This document shows, one piece after another, positions 9,351 to 19,100 of a stretch of 64,000 bases of DNA. The notes below the pieces were generated by a model that did not search any database, was not told the DNA's origin, and worked only from the letters and a program-made list of their open reading frames with translations. The position numbers were made by a program, and so were the translations under genes. The DNA comes from Candidatus Poribacteria bacterium (GTDB lineage: Bacteria; Poribacteria; WGA-4E; WGA-3G): positions 4,224,001-4,288,000 of the forward strand of contig OZ240248.1 of assembly GCA_965198235.1 (NCBI GenBank), given 5' to 3'. Within the stretch, counting starts at the first letter, position 1. The number at the start of each line of letters is the position of its first letter.

Positions 9351-10298
9351 ATGGCGTATCTGCTCACCGGTGGCATGGGGTGCATCGGTACTTACGTCAT
9401 CCGCGACCTATTGGCCGCCGGTGAAAAGGTAGTCGTTTACGATTTTGCTTATGACCTGACCATCCCCAAAATGGTTCTCACGGATGAACAACTTGAAGGG
9501 TTCACCTTCGTGCAGGGTGACATCACCGATCTGCCACACATCTTGCGCACTATCCAAGAATATGAGATTGATCGGGTTATTCATCTCGCCTCATGGCAAG
9601 TACCGGCGTGCAACGCGAATCCACCAGAGGCGTTAAAGGTGGTTTGCGAAGGCACGATCAACATATTGGAAGCAGCACGTATTTTCAACCTCAAACGTGT
9701 TGTATGGGCAAGCAGTGTTGCCGTCTTCGGAGCACCAGAGGATTACAACCACGAACAGATTCTCAACGATGCACCACACTATCCGAAGTTCATCTACGGT
9801 GCCTGTAAATCCCTCAACGAAAGATACGCAATGCACTATTTTGATGCATACGGTGTGGATTCGATTGGGCTTCGGTTTACTGCGGTCTATGGGGTCGGTA
9901 GAACCCGCGGCATGAGTTCATTCACGACGCAAATGATCGAAGCAGTGGCATTAGGTAAACCACACATCTGTCCGTTTGGTGACGACGCTGTGGATTGGCA
10001 GTATGTGGAAGATGTCTCTCGTTCGATTGTTGTCGCTTGCACCTGCCCAACCACGCAGACCCGCGTCTTCAATGTGAAGGGTGGTATTCGACCCGTCAAA
10101 GACGGCGTGTCATACCTCAAGACCTTGGTGCCAGATGCACAGATTACGCTGGAACCAGGGGTGTTTGGAATCTCGTGGGACTACGACGCGACATCTATCG
10201 CTGAAGAGATTGGATTTACGCCCGACTACACAATGGAGCAAGGGATTCTGAAAACGTTCAATCGTTTTCGGGAACGCGCAGGGTTGGCGCAGGTATAG
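9351..10298 (+). CDS. NAD-dependent epimerase/dehydratase (extended SDR)
   Basis: TGGMGCIG, GDITD, ASSVAVFG, YGACK. Confidence 0.88.
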   Translation: MAYLLTGGMGCIGTYVIRDLLAAGEKVVVYDFAYDLTIPKMVLTDEQLEGFTFVQGDITDLPHILRTIQEYEIDRVIHLASWQVPACNANPPEALKVVCEGTINILEAARIFNLKRVVWASSVAVFGAPEDYNHEQILNDAPHYPKFIYGACKSLNERYAMHYFDAYGVDSIGLRFTAVYGVGRTRGMSSFTTQMIEAVALGKPHICPFGDDAVDWQYVEDVSRSIVVACTCPTTQTRVFNVKGGIRPVKDGVSYLKTLVPDAQITLEPGVFGISWDYDATSIAEEIGFTPDYTMEQGILKTFNRFRERAGLAQV

Positions 10299-10358
10299 GG
10301 CAGAAAGCACTCCGACTATTAGAAAATGAAAGAACGATGATGTTGTCCAACCCTCAAC

Positions 10359-11048
10359 CTAATAGTACTTCTTCATTTGTGCCCAGGTGACAGCCAGCTT
10401 CCCGCGAGCATCAACAGACAGTACCTGTTCCCACGGGATATTTTTTCCTTTGGAATCGGCTTGATGTATATCATCAAAGTTCGGATGTCCCCACCCACCG
10501 CTATTGTTATCAACGACAACAATCTGGGCAGTCTTGCCTTTGAATTCAGAGACATCCCACTCTACCCGCGCCATCGTTTCGGTAGCCTTTCCTGTTGCTG
10601 TGCGTACGACTTTTCCTTTAATCTCAAGGTTAACACAACATGGAGCAGGGTCATCCTTCCATGGGTGATTGCCACCGCCCATGAGGAAATTCATTGTCTT
10701 TCCGATAATCGTGAACTCAATTGAGGTGAGGGTGCCTTGGGGTCCATCACCCTGCGTGGCACCTGGCTTCTGTCCGAGTTTTTTTCCTTTCTTCGGACCT
10801 TGGTACTTTTCGTATAAGCCTAACCACCAATCCCCTTGATGTTCAGAGGGCTGACCGCGGTTTCGCGCTGTCGAGTTATCTCCCCAAGTTGGCTGGAAAT
10901 CGAATCCAACATCCTCTTTTTCCCAATCCGTGAGGTCGCCGGTTTCAAAATCGTTGTTAAACGCTCGCCCTGAGGTGATGTTAACGGGCAGAACCAGCAA
11001 GATCAAGAGGACGGAAGGCATCATGAGCGAGAAAAATATTTTTTTCAT
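10359..11048 (-). CDS. Secreted beta-sandwich (carbohydrate-binding-like) protein with KLAxTW C-terminal motif
   Basis: Signal peptide; DFETGDL...FLMGGG...TATG...WDVSEFKGK...GGWGH resembles modules found with GH32/GH116 enzymes; ends VDARGKLAVTWAQMK. Confidence 0.65.
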   Translation of the reverse strand: MKKIFFSLMMPSVLLILLVLPVNITSGRAFNNDFETGDLTDWEKEDVGFDFQPTWGDNSTARNRGQPSEHQGDWWLGLYEKYQGPKKGKKLGQKPGATQGDGPQGTLTSIEFTIIGKTMNFLMGGGNHPWKDDPAPCCVNLEIKGKVVRTATGKATETMARVEWDVSEFKGKTAQIVVVDNNSGGWGHPNFDDIHQADSKGKNIPWEQVLSVDARGKLAVTWAQMKKYY

Positions 11049-11171
11049 GAGACGCGTCTCCTTCTATTTGTGAATAATTGTGTGCTACAGGTTATCTGGG
11101 CAGTAACTCGTGAACACACGTCTGAAAGCCGAACAACATCATCGCTTTTCATGATACACGCTTGCGTGTAT

Positions 11172-11284
11172 TAGTAAAATCCACAATTACCTTGACACTG
11201 TAGGGCGAGGATACAATCCTCGCCAGCGGGGATACAATGGGGCTGCTGTCATCTAAAATGTCAACATATTCCCGGATCTTACTA
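11172..11284. mobile_element. MITE-like family E element with internal REP hairpin
   Basis: TAGTAAAATCC...GGATCTTACTA; internal GTAGGGCGAGGATACAATCCTCGCC; solo ends GGATTTTACTA at 6242 and 22747. Confidence 0.55.
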
Positions 11285-11343
11285 TATAATACACTATTGT
11301 GAAAATAATGTCAAGGAAAATCGTGAATTTCGGCGCGAAACGA

Positions 11344-11943
11344 CTACAACAGGTCAACGGTTTGTCTCGCGAAAATCAATCCGATGACGCAGACAATCGC
11401 TGTCAAGGTCCGTTTTTCGCTCTTAATAGCGCGTGCGAAACAAAAATCGTGGGAAGATGGTTCGGGATAGGGATGAAATTGCGGAATAAATCGGGGCACC
11501 TGCTCTTGGTATGCTTGATAAACCGGACCGCAGGATTCCTTCAGATACGCCTCTTCTACGACAATAATCGGTAAGTATTGAAAGAAATAGCCAACAACCA
11601 ACACTGCTACCAGCCAATAGACATTCGCAACAAAACAAACGCCAAGACTGAGCAGAAAATTACCGAGATAGAGCGGATTGCGGACGTAACTATAGGGACC
11701 CGTTGTGACGAGATCTCGCGCGGCACCGAGGGTTCTTGCACGGGTGGATGCTCCCGCATATCCGACCGCCCATATCCTGAGAAATTCACCTACAGCAATG
11801 AACAGCACACCAACTCCTACTGTGTACCACACAGGTTCAGCAAAATAGAGTAGCACGAGGATAAAAGGGATAGGTGTGAAACTGCGGATTTTGAAGAAGA
11901 AGTTGCCAACCCGTAAGGTAGCATAGACTGTTAGTCTGTGCAT
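11344..11943 (-). CDS. Isoprenylcysteine carboxyl methyltransferase / phospholipid methyltransferase family membrane protein
   Basis: GEFLRIWAVGY, LVTTGPYSYVRNPLYLGNF, EEAYL...Y...VPRFIP; the upstream ORF extension lies in a repeat, so start set to 11943. Confidence 0.85.
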   Translation of the reverse strand: MHRLTVYATLRVGNFFFKIRSFTPIPFILVLLYFAEPVWYTVGVGVLFIAVGEFLRIWAVGYAGASTRARTLGAARDLVTTGPYSYVRNPLYLGNFLLSLGVCFVANVYWLVAVLVVGYFFQYLPIIVVEEAYLKESCGPVYQAYQEQVPRFIPQFHPYPEPSSHDFCFARAIKSEKRTLTAIVCVIGLIFARQTVDLL

Positions 11944-11957
11944 TTGTAAGCCAAAGC

Positions 11958-12050
11958 ATTTAGCCTGAAACGAAGTGGAAGGCGGATATACGGAAAAAGA
12001 TATGCCTGGCAGAACCCACCTCAACGAACCGCAAGGAATAATTAAAAAAC
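11958..12050 (+). repeat. Family F dispersed repeat
   Basis: TAGCCTGAAACGAAGTGGAAGGCGGA...GAACCGCAAGGAATAATTAAAAAAC; homologs at 27435, 36096, 57526 and a partial copy at 27584. Confidence 0.7.
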
Positions 12051-12051
12051 G

Positions 12052-13113
12052 CTATTTCGGTGTACGCCAGATCATGATACCCCCAACAATAGCGTACAGG
12101 ATGTTCGCTCCCCAACAAGCGAGAAACGGATGAAGCTTACCACTTTCACTCAATCCTTCAAGAATCGCGAAGGAGAGTGCCCAATAGAGAAAAGAGAGGA
12201 AGAAAGCCATCACCAACCCCGCAAAGAAACCTGCTCTACCAAAACGGATAGCGACAGGCGCGCCAAGCATAATAACAACGACAGCTGCGAATGGATACGC
12301 TGTTTTGTGATACAACTTTACCTGCTCTTTGCGCGAAATCTGTCCCGCTTCCTGTTTATAGGCGATCTGTTGACGGAGTTCTTCGATTGTCATCGCCCTT
12401 GGATCTTTTTCACTCCCAATAAAACGGGCAGGATCTTCGTGTCGTTCAATCGCATGTGTATCAAACGCTTCATAACTCACCTCGACCCCGTTTTCAAAGT
12501 GGCGAATGTACCCATCAGTCAATTGCCACTGGGTAGGTGTCCACGCCGCTGACTTCGCGAACGTCACACGAGCGAGTTTCCCCTCTGTATCATATTCATA
12601 GATAGTGAGTTGTTGGATTTTGCGAGCGTCCAAGGCGATCCGCTGTGAGTAAAAGATACGGTCGCTTTTGCCTTTGAAGACGATGTTCCTGCCGCGACGC
12701 GGTCTAACCTTATTTTGTAAGAGATGCGCTTCATGAAAGGCAGGCGACGCGACCCGATTATAAAAAAGCGCGAAGAGTCCACAAATAACGAGCGTTACAA
12801 TCAAAACAGGAACGAGAAGCCGGTAAACACTTAGACCACCCGCCTTCATAGCAGTGAACTCGTTGCTTTGTACCATCCTACCCAGTACAAAAAAGATAGC
12901 CACAAATGCAGCAACGGGTACCACCTCCATAATCCGACGTGGTGCTTGGAAGAGCACAATTTTAACAGCCGTCATATAAGCGACATCATCATCAAACTTT
13001 TTGATGTCCTTATCCAGCAAACGCACGATAATAATCAAGGTGATAAAGAACAAAAGCCCGACAAAAAAGGCTTTGAGGTATTCACGAAGCAGGTACCGAT
13101 CTAAAATATTCAA
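12052..13113 (-). CDS. lptG: LPS export ABC transporter permease LptG
   Basis: ILDRYLLREY, NEFTAMKAGGLS, AYPFAAVVVIMLGAP, LACWGANI; downstream of its paralog; TTG start inferred. Confidence 0.82.
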   Translation of the reverse strand: MNILDRYLLREYLKAFFVGLLFFITLIIIVRLLDKDIKKFDDDVAYMTAVKIVLFQAPRRIMEVVPVAAFVAIFFVLGRMVQSNEFTAMKAGGLSVYRLLVPVLIVTLVICGLFALFYNRVASPAFHEAHLLQNKVRPRRGRNIVFKGKSDRIFYSQRIALDARKIQQLTIYEYDTEGKLARVTFAKSAAWTPTQWQLTDGYIRHFENGVEVSYEAFDTHAIERHEDPARFIGSEKDPRAMTIEELRQQIAYKQEAGQISRKEQVKLYHKTAYPFAAVVVIMLGAPVAIRFGRAGFFAGLVMAFFLSFLYWALSFAILEGLSESGKLHPFLACWGANILYAIVGGIMIWRTPK

Positions 13114-13189
13114 GACACGCGTCCTATATAAAATATTTCCAATTTTTACAGGGTTGAAAACTGCGTCTGCATACGGCGGGAGGTCTCGG

Positions 13190-14392
13190 TTACGATTCGA
13201 CTTTCCTACTGACGACAAGCGGCATTTTACTGTCCCGGTCCCGCCACGTCCGCAGCGTCCCTTCACCTATCATACGGATACTGAGAAGAACGCCGAACGC
13301 ACCAATAGCAATATTGGGAAGCCACATGGCAAGTGCAGGAGATAACATACCGTTCAAACCTGCACTTTGACCGATTTGAAGCAGTAAGTAGTAAACTAAG
13401 ATCACAGCTAAGCCGACACCAAACCCAATCATCCTACCGCTCTGTTTCACCATCAACCCAAGCGGCACGCCCATTAACCCGAATGCCAAACAGGCGAAAG
13501 GGATAGAGAACTTTTTGTGATACTCAACCTGCGCAAAACGGAGTTTACTAAGGGTGTAGTCAGGGTTTTGGCTGGTTGGTACCGCGGCTGCCAACGTATT
13601 GATGAATGCCTTGAGTTGGACGATACTCATTGACCGTGGTGTTTGGTTCTGAAACGCGCCGCGCTCCAGATCCTCGGTCAACTGCAGTGCCAGTTGTTGC
13701 TGCTGGAACTTTGTTACACGGTATGCCTCTGAATCATCGGTTGTTGGTTCGTAAGTGAGCCCATCGTAAAGCGTGAGCATAGCTCTACCCCCTTCAAAAC
13801 CGAGGGTGCCTTCTCGGGCGTGACTGAACCGAGGACGCCCAGTCCAGATACCATCCCAGATTTTGACATCCTGCATGCGACCACTTGTGGCATCCGTGGA
13901 TTCGTACATCCACAGTTTGCCTTCTCTCTCCAACTCTTTCATGACGGTGGCTTCTTCCAAAACGAACGTCGGATTGTGTCTTTGGATGTCGCGTTTGAGT
14001 GTCGCGTAAGCAAGGTTCGCCTTTGGCAGCGCGTAGTCCATCAATCCAAGATCAACGACGCTCAGCACCGCTGCAATGCCTAAAAGGGGAAGCATAAGAT
14101 GATGGAAAGCGACACCGTGTGCTTTCATCGCGATGATCTCATTATCGGTAGAGAGCCTTCCGAGAGAAAGTAAAATTGCGACCAAAGCCGCCATCGGAAG
14201 AGATAACACAACCGTCGCCGGCATCACATAGGTGAGCAATTCGACAAGGTAAATCGGACTTATCCCCTTCTGCACAAAAAGCTTCGTCAACCGAAAGAGG
14301 TCATCGAAGATGAGGATAAAGGTAAAACAGATAAGTGCTATTATGAACGGTGGAAAAAATTCTTTAAGTAGATACCGCGCTAATATTCTCAT
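13190..14392 (-). CDS. lptF: LPS export ABC transporter permease LptF
   Basis: RILARYLLKEF, GRLSTDNEIIAMKAHG, EYHKKFSIPFAC, AMWLPN. Confidence 0.85.
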   Translation of the reverse strand: MRILARYLLKEFFPPFIIALICFTFILIFDDLFRLTKLFVQKGISPIYLVELLTYVMPATVVLSLPMAALVAILLSLGRLSTDNEIIAMKAHGVAFHHLMLPLLGIAAVLSVVDLGLMDYALPKANLAYATLKRDIQRHNPTFVLEEATVMKELEREGKLWMYESTDATSGRMQDVKIWDGIWTGRPRFSHAREGTLGFEGGRAMLTLYDGLTYEPTTDDSEAYRVTKFQQQQLALQLTEDLERGAFQNQTPRSMSIVQLKAFINTLAAAVPTSQNPDYTLSKLRFAQVEYHKKFSIPFACLAFGLMGVPLGLMVKQSGRMIGFGVGLAVILVYYLLLQIGQSAGLNGMLSPALAMWLPNIAIGAFGVLLSIRMIGEGTLRTWRDRDSKMPLVVSRKVES

Positions 14393-14607
14393 ATTTTTGA
14401 TGGAGCCGTAGATGTTTCACGATAGACGCGCTTTGCGGACATATCAATCAACAGATTTCAATAATTATTGGTTTCACTATAAACTGATACCATTCTTTTT
14501 TTGTTAGTTGATTTGTGCTGAAAAAACCTTCATAATTTAATACATTAGTGGTAGCACACCCTGATTTTAATTTGAAATTTTGCTATGAAAGATGTTATCA
14601 TACCCAC

Positions 14608-15087
14608 ATGAACCTTACGCTTGAATCAATTCAACTTACAACTGATGACTTGGTGGACGTAGCGGCACGTCATACTTCTGCCCAAGAAATCTACTCTCCA
14701 ACAGCCCCAAGGCGACCGACTGCCCAATTCGGTTGGCGCGACAGATGGTGGTTAAATCACACAGCCACACAGCAAGTTGTCATCAATTACTGGTTCTTCG
14801 AGTCACACGATGAAGCACACACAGCCGCTGATGAAGGCAGATTTCGGCTCTCAGCGCAGACCGTTTCAAAATTGGGTGGACGTGATTCCATCTATCAACC
14901 CCCACCAGATGACAAACATGGATTGGGTGATGTGGTGTGGCAGGCTGGAGCAAATTTCCTGTTCGTACAACAGACTATCGTCGTGCTGGTCGCCGAAATA
15001 GGAGGGCAGGTTCCCGAGGAAACAACCCTCCATATCGCCAAAAAAATTTCCAAGAAAATCCAGAGCGCGCTGCCGTCGAAACAGTAA
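14608..15087 (+). CDS. Hypothetical protein
   Basis: Fills the gap between lptF and the aldolase; globular composition; start uncertain. Confidence 0.6.
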   Translation: MNLTLESIQLTTDDLVDVAARHTSAQEIYSPTAPRRPTAQFGWRDRWWLNHTATQQVVINYWFFESHDEAHTAADEGRFRLSAQTVSKLGGRDSIYQPPPDDKHGLGDVVWQAGANFLFVQQTIVVLVAEIGGQVPEETTLHIAKKISKKIQSALPSKQ

Positions 15088-15108
15088 CCGTGTAAACGTA
15101 AACACAAC

Positions 15109-16173
15109 CTAATAATCTTGATACCACGTTGCGGATTGCTTGGCAATCTGAACGTTTTCCACACCACCAAATTGGCGATGCTTAAACCACGGTAACGCGT
15201 TCTCCGCCGCAGCGTTTGCGTTCTTGAAGTTCGTTGTTGCTTCGTTTTCCAAGAACTGCTTAACTGCCCCAGTGTCAGGATAGTATTGGACAGCATCTTT
15301 CCAGATGGCTCTTCCACAGAGGAAACCACTTGCACCGGCACCGGTCGCGAGGTCAACATTTTCGATGAATTCCTCAATATCCACACCGGCACTCAAAATT
15401 ACCCACGGCAGTGTCGAGGTTTCGTCTAATTTCTGGCAGATTTCCTTCACTTCAGCGAGTTCATACGCCGAGTCTCCTGCATAAAAACTGGCATTTTGAT
15501 AATCTGCTGTATATTTCAGATCGGCAGGAAATTCTAATTTCAGAATGTCAACTTTGTAGCTTGGATCCGTGAACTCCGCGACACTCCGAATCACAAGGTC
15601 GGGTTTCTGTTTCGCGAAGGCGACGCTCTTCGCCGTACCTTCAAGGGCGTAACTGACTAATTCCAACAAAAACGGCAAATCTTGCTTTTCGCATTCGTCC
15701 CCGACATGACGCACAAAGGCTTGCTGGTGTTCAAGAGTTTCCGCGGAGGCATCAGGGTGGTAATAGGCGAGGAGTTTAATAGCATCTGCACCGGCGCGCT
15801 GTGCCTTGGCGATGCTCCAGTTGGCAATCGGATTGGAGAGACGTTCGTTCTCACCAACCCCTTCGCTGACATAGCCCGATTCTTCATAGGCTAACAGCAA
15901 TGCGACATCCCGTGGAATCTGGGTAATAGAGTACGGATGCCCGTAAATTGGGTCGGTCAGAACCGCTGTGGCATTTGGAGAAAGGGCCCGGGTAATCAAA
16001 GTTTTCAGTGCTGCGACATCTTCGTATTGGACATCGGCTTTGTCCTTATCGAGTGCATCTGCGAGTGCCTGTACCATGGAACCACGCTGGTCAATCGCCA
16101 TCATTTTAAAGCGACCCTTCGCATCGGCGAGTTTCATGATACCCCGCAATTTACCAGAGGAAATATCGTTCAT
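15109..16173 (-). CDS. lacD: Tagatose-1,6-bisphosphate aldolase (LacD/YihT class I aldolase family)
   Basis: MMAIDQRGS, ADAIKLL, VDILKLEFP, PWVILSAGV, GASGFLCGRAIW. Confidence 0.8.
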   Translation of the reverse strand: MNDISSGKLRGIMKLADAKGRFKMMAIDQRGSMVQALADALDKDKADVQYEDVAALKTLITRALSPNATAVLTDPIYGHPYSITQIPRDVALLLAYEESGYVSEGVGENERLSNPIANWSIAKAQRAGADAIKLLAYYHPDASAETLEHQQAFVRHVGDECEKQDLPFLLELVSYALEGTAKSVAFAKQKPDLVIRSVAEFTDPSYKVDILKLEFPADLKYTADYQNASFYAGDSAYELAEVKEICQKLDETSTLPWVILSAGVDIEEFIENVDLATGAGASGFLCGRAIWKDAVQYYPDTGAVKQFLENEATTNFKNANAAAENALPWFKHRQFGGVENVQIAKQSATWYQDY

Positions 16174-16231
16174 TTACTTCTCCTTTTTCAGTGGCTATCG
16201 GAAACCATCAGTTTGCTTCGCAGTGAGAATC

Positions 16232-16338
16232 GTCAGTTAAGAAGTTGATTTGTAACAATTCATCGCCCCTTGCGGTACTCCAGGGTGAGGTGATTTGTTA
16301 TAGGAAACCTCTTAACCGATAACCGATGACTGATAACT
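16232..16338. repeat. Long imperfect inverted repeat with heptamer (AACCGAT/GACTGAT) tail
   Basis: TCAGTTAAGAAGTT..TGTAACAA pairs with TTGTTATA..AACCTCTTAACCGA; AACCGAT-AACCGAT-GACTGAT follows; related remnant near 3128-3160. Confidence 0.5.
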
Positions 16339-16340
16339 AC

Positions 16341-17405
16341 TTAGTATTCACGTTCAACGAAAAAACGGATTAAAGAGAAAAACAGTTGCTTTGCCCGTCC
16401 ATCAGGGAGATCGGCGAAATTGTTCTTAAACCGTCCAGCGGCTTCCTGTAAGAGTGCCTGAGACCGCTGTTGGGCATAGGCAATCGATTTATATTTTCGC
16501 ATTAAGTGGAGTACGCTCTCGACCTCTGCCTCGGTTTTCTCATCACGGGGACGTGCCATGATGTCAATCACATGCTGGGCTTCAGCCGAACTGCAAGCAT
16601 TGATAAGATGAATAAGAACGAGGGTACGTTTGCCTTCACTAATGTCCCCAGCAATCTCTTTTCCATACCTGCCGACATCGCCGATCAGGTTAAGGACATC
16701 GTCCTGAATTTGAAAGGCGACTCCGAGTTCTTTGCCGAGTTCTACGAGTCCATCTATTTCTGTTTCACTTGCGCCGCCAATGATTGCACCAACCCGACAC
16801 GGTGTGATACAGGTATACCACGCAGTTTTCTGTACGCACATCGTTAAGTAGTCATCTTCATCGAGATCCCAGCGGTTATCGCTAACCCAACTCAATTCAA
16901 TGTGCTGTCCCTCAACGACTTGGTTGCTGAGCTGTATGAATTCAGATAAAATGCGGAAGGCGAGTTGATGTCCGAGAATCTCAGTGTTTCGGTGCAGCAT
17001 CTCCCACATCTTGCAGTGGAGGGCATCCCCAACGTTGATAGCCATTGGGATCCCGTGCTTTTGATGGAGACACGGTTCGCCTCTGCGGAGCTCGGAACCA
17101 TCTTCAATATCGTCGTGAATCAGGAGCCAATTCTGGAGGAGTTCAAGTGAGGCAGCGGTGTTAACAGCGCGCTGCGTATCGCCGCCAAACGCCTCGCACA
17201 TGAGCATGCAGAGCGCGGGACGTAACCCTTTCGCGGCGCGGCGCGGGTAGTCTAACATCATCTGGTACAACTGATGGACATCCGGGTGCTTGTGGGTAGT
17301 CGGGAGAAAATCAAAAATACAGGCATCAACCCTACTTTTGACATCACTGAGGTATGTTGTGACAAGATGCTTTGTTGGTGAGGGTTCTTGTCCAGTTTTC
17401 TGCAT
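16341..17405 (-). CDS. Polyprenyl diphosphate synthase
   Basis: KGLRP, LIHDDIED...RRG, AINVGD, GQHIEL, FQIQDDVL, GDISEGK. Confidence 0.92.
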   Translation of the reverse strand: MQKTGQEPSPTKHLVTTYLSDVKSRVDACIFDFLPTTHKHPDVHQLYQMMLDYPRRAAKGLRPALCMLMCEAFGGDTQRAVNTAASLELLQNWLLIHDDIEDGSELRRGEPCLHQKHGIPMAINVGDALHCKMWEMLHRNTEILGHQLAFRILSEFIQLSNQVVEGQHIELSWVSDNRWDLDEDDYLTMCVQKTAWYTCITPCRVGAIIGGASETEIDGLVELGKELGVAFQIQDDVLNLIGDVGRYGKEIAGDISEGKRTLVLIHLINACSSAEAQHVIDIMARPRDEKTEAEVESVLHLMRKYKSIAYAQQRSQALLQEAAGRFKNNFADLPDGRAKQLFFSLIRFFVEREY

Positions 17406-17591
17406 TGCTTTCCTTATCTTTTTCGCTATCTTTTTATTTTACTCAGTCCTCCCATAATTTCGTCGGATCCCTGAGCACGAATATCAAGCTTTATCAAGCG
17501 TTGACTCGCAAGTTTTGCTTTAGAATTATAACACATTGTGGGGTGAAAATCAAATTTTTGTTGAACAAGGTGTGTAGAATATTTGTCCACT

Positions 17592-17630
17592 GTCTGAATC
17601 AGGATTTACAGGATTAGAGGATTTACAGGA
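17592..17630 (+). repeat. GTCTGAATC-headed 9-nt periodic GGA tandem repeat
   Basis: GTCTGAATCAGGA-TTTACAGGA-TTAGAGGA-TTTACAGGA; a second copy lies on the minus strand at 57635-57679. Confidence 0.55.
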
Positions 17631-17651
17631 GGACTCCTGAGCAACTCTCAC

Positions 17652-17734
17652 TTTCACGGAAGCTTCACGGAGGTTTTCACGGATGTAGGCGTGACGTGGG
17701 TTGCTAAGGGGCAACATGCCACCTCTCCGTGAAA
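17652..17734. repeat. Family D element, copy 1 (83 bp)
   Basis: TTTCACGGA...GTAGGCGTGACGTGGGTT...TCCGTGAAA; colinear with 22782-22864. Confidence 0.75.
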
Positions 17735-17984
17735 AAGCGAGAATGGTTTTCATCGGGTGTCCCCTTCTGGAGATAGTAAATCATATTTGGACACGGGTGT
17801 CAACCTCAAAAAACGTGATGTCCGGCTACGGAGCTTGGCAATCGGGAGGCATGGGGAAACTCACTCAGAAGGGGAAGTCATCACAAGGGCTTCCCGAAGG
17901 AACTTATTCATGTGGTAAATCAGGGTCTATGACTTTATCACACGCGAGTTCTGTAGGTTAATTCCGGGTTTCACCTCTTACGCT

Positions 17985-18221
17985 CTACAAGTCATCCAAG
18001 TCAAGTGCGATGAATCGGTACCCAAGCGGTTTTATCCGATCGACTAAAGTTTCTCGTAATTGGAGGGCACGCGTAAATTGTGCCTCCGAAACCTGTATCC
18101 GTAAAACTGGGGCGTGGTCAAAAAGTGAAACGTCTTCAAGCTCGAATTCGCTCAGGATCTGCTTGACCTCTACCAATGCAGTGGAACTCTCGGCTTGCAC
18201 CGTGTCGGGATCTTTTGCCAT
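17985..18221 (-). CDS. Small protein resembling the C-terminal domain of LarE
   Basis: LRIQVSEAQF...RETLVDRIKPLGYRFIALDL; ATG lies immediately after the SDR stop. Confidence 0.6.
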   Translation of the reverse strand: MAKDPDTVQAESSTALVEVKQILSEFELEDVSLFDHAPVLRIQVSEAQFTRALQLRETLVDRIKPLGYRFIALDLDDL

Positions 18222-18222
18222 C

Positions 18223-19029
18223 TTAGGACTGTCGCCTCCAGTCGCTACCTGCCATGAATCCACCATCAACGAAAACCATCTGCCCGGTAACAAAATCAGA
18301 GGCGTTAGAAGCGAAGAAGATTGTCAATCCTGCCAAGTCTTCGGGTTCACCCCATCGATCTGCAGGTGTCCGATTGAGAATCCACCGGTTTCGGTTGTCC
18401 TCACGTGCAGGGGCAGTCATCTCGGTTCGGATGAAGCCAGGGGCAATGCCGTTGACTTGAATATTGTGTTCCGCCCATTCCACTGCGAGCAGTTTTGTCA
18501 ACTGGAGCAGTCCACCCTTCGCCGCCGTATAGGCGACACTCGTCGGCAGTCCGATCGCCGAGGTGAGCGACAATGTGTTGATTACCTTCCCCGATTTTTG
18601 TCGCTGCATGACATTACCGCAAGCTTTTGCCAGAAAAAACGCGCCCTTCAGATTAACATCCGTAACGAAGTCCCAATCCGCCTCGGTAAATTCCAAGGCA
18701 GGATTGCGTATATTGACCCCAGCGTTGTTAACGAGGACATCAAGCCGCCCCAAAGTCTCCACAGTCTGCGCGACGAGCGCGTCAATTTCTGTAAGATTGC
18801 TGACATCCGCCTGAATAGGGAGGACTTTTCTACCGGTTTCACCGGCAATCCGTTCAGCGACGGGGGTCAAGGTCTCTATCTTCCGACCCACAACGACGAG
18901 ATCTGAACCTGCACCAGCAAGCCCTTCTGCCATTGCAAGCCCAATGCCGCGACTCGCCCCAGTGACGAGACTCACCTTACCATCCAACTGAAATTGCTGG
19001 ACGATGTCCGTAGCAGATTTCTGATTCAT
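18223..19029 (-). CDS. SDR of the gluconate 5-dehydrogenase / KduD type
   Basis: FQLDGKVSLVTGASRGIG, NNAG, YTAAKGG, RTPADRWGEPEDL, VDGG. Confidence 0.88.
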   Translation of the reverse strand: MNQKSATDIVQQFQLDGKVSLVTGASRGIGLAMAEGLAGAGSDLVVVGRKIETLTPVAERIAGETGRKVLPIQADVSNLTEIDALVAQTVETLGRLDVLVNNAGVNIRNPALEFTEADWDFVTDVNLKGAFFLAKACGNVMQRQKSGKVINTLSLTSAIGLPTSVAYTAAKGGLLQLTKLLAVEWAEHNIQVNGIAPGFIRTEMTAPAREDNRNRWILNRTPADRWGEPEDLAGLTIFFASNASDFVTGQMVFVDGGFMAGSDWRRQS

Positions 19030-19100
19030 ATTTCGCTCCAATTCGTGTTATACCAATTAACCAAGTTTATTCCGTCCAATCCTATTTGTTATCGGCTAAT

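Noticed and set aside
18010-18906. Long plus-strand ORF (also 4945..5529, 19657..20187, 28048..28569, 39832..40605)
   Set aside because: Antisense shadows of well-supported genes, with no recognisable motifs.
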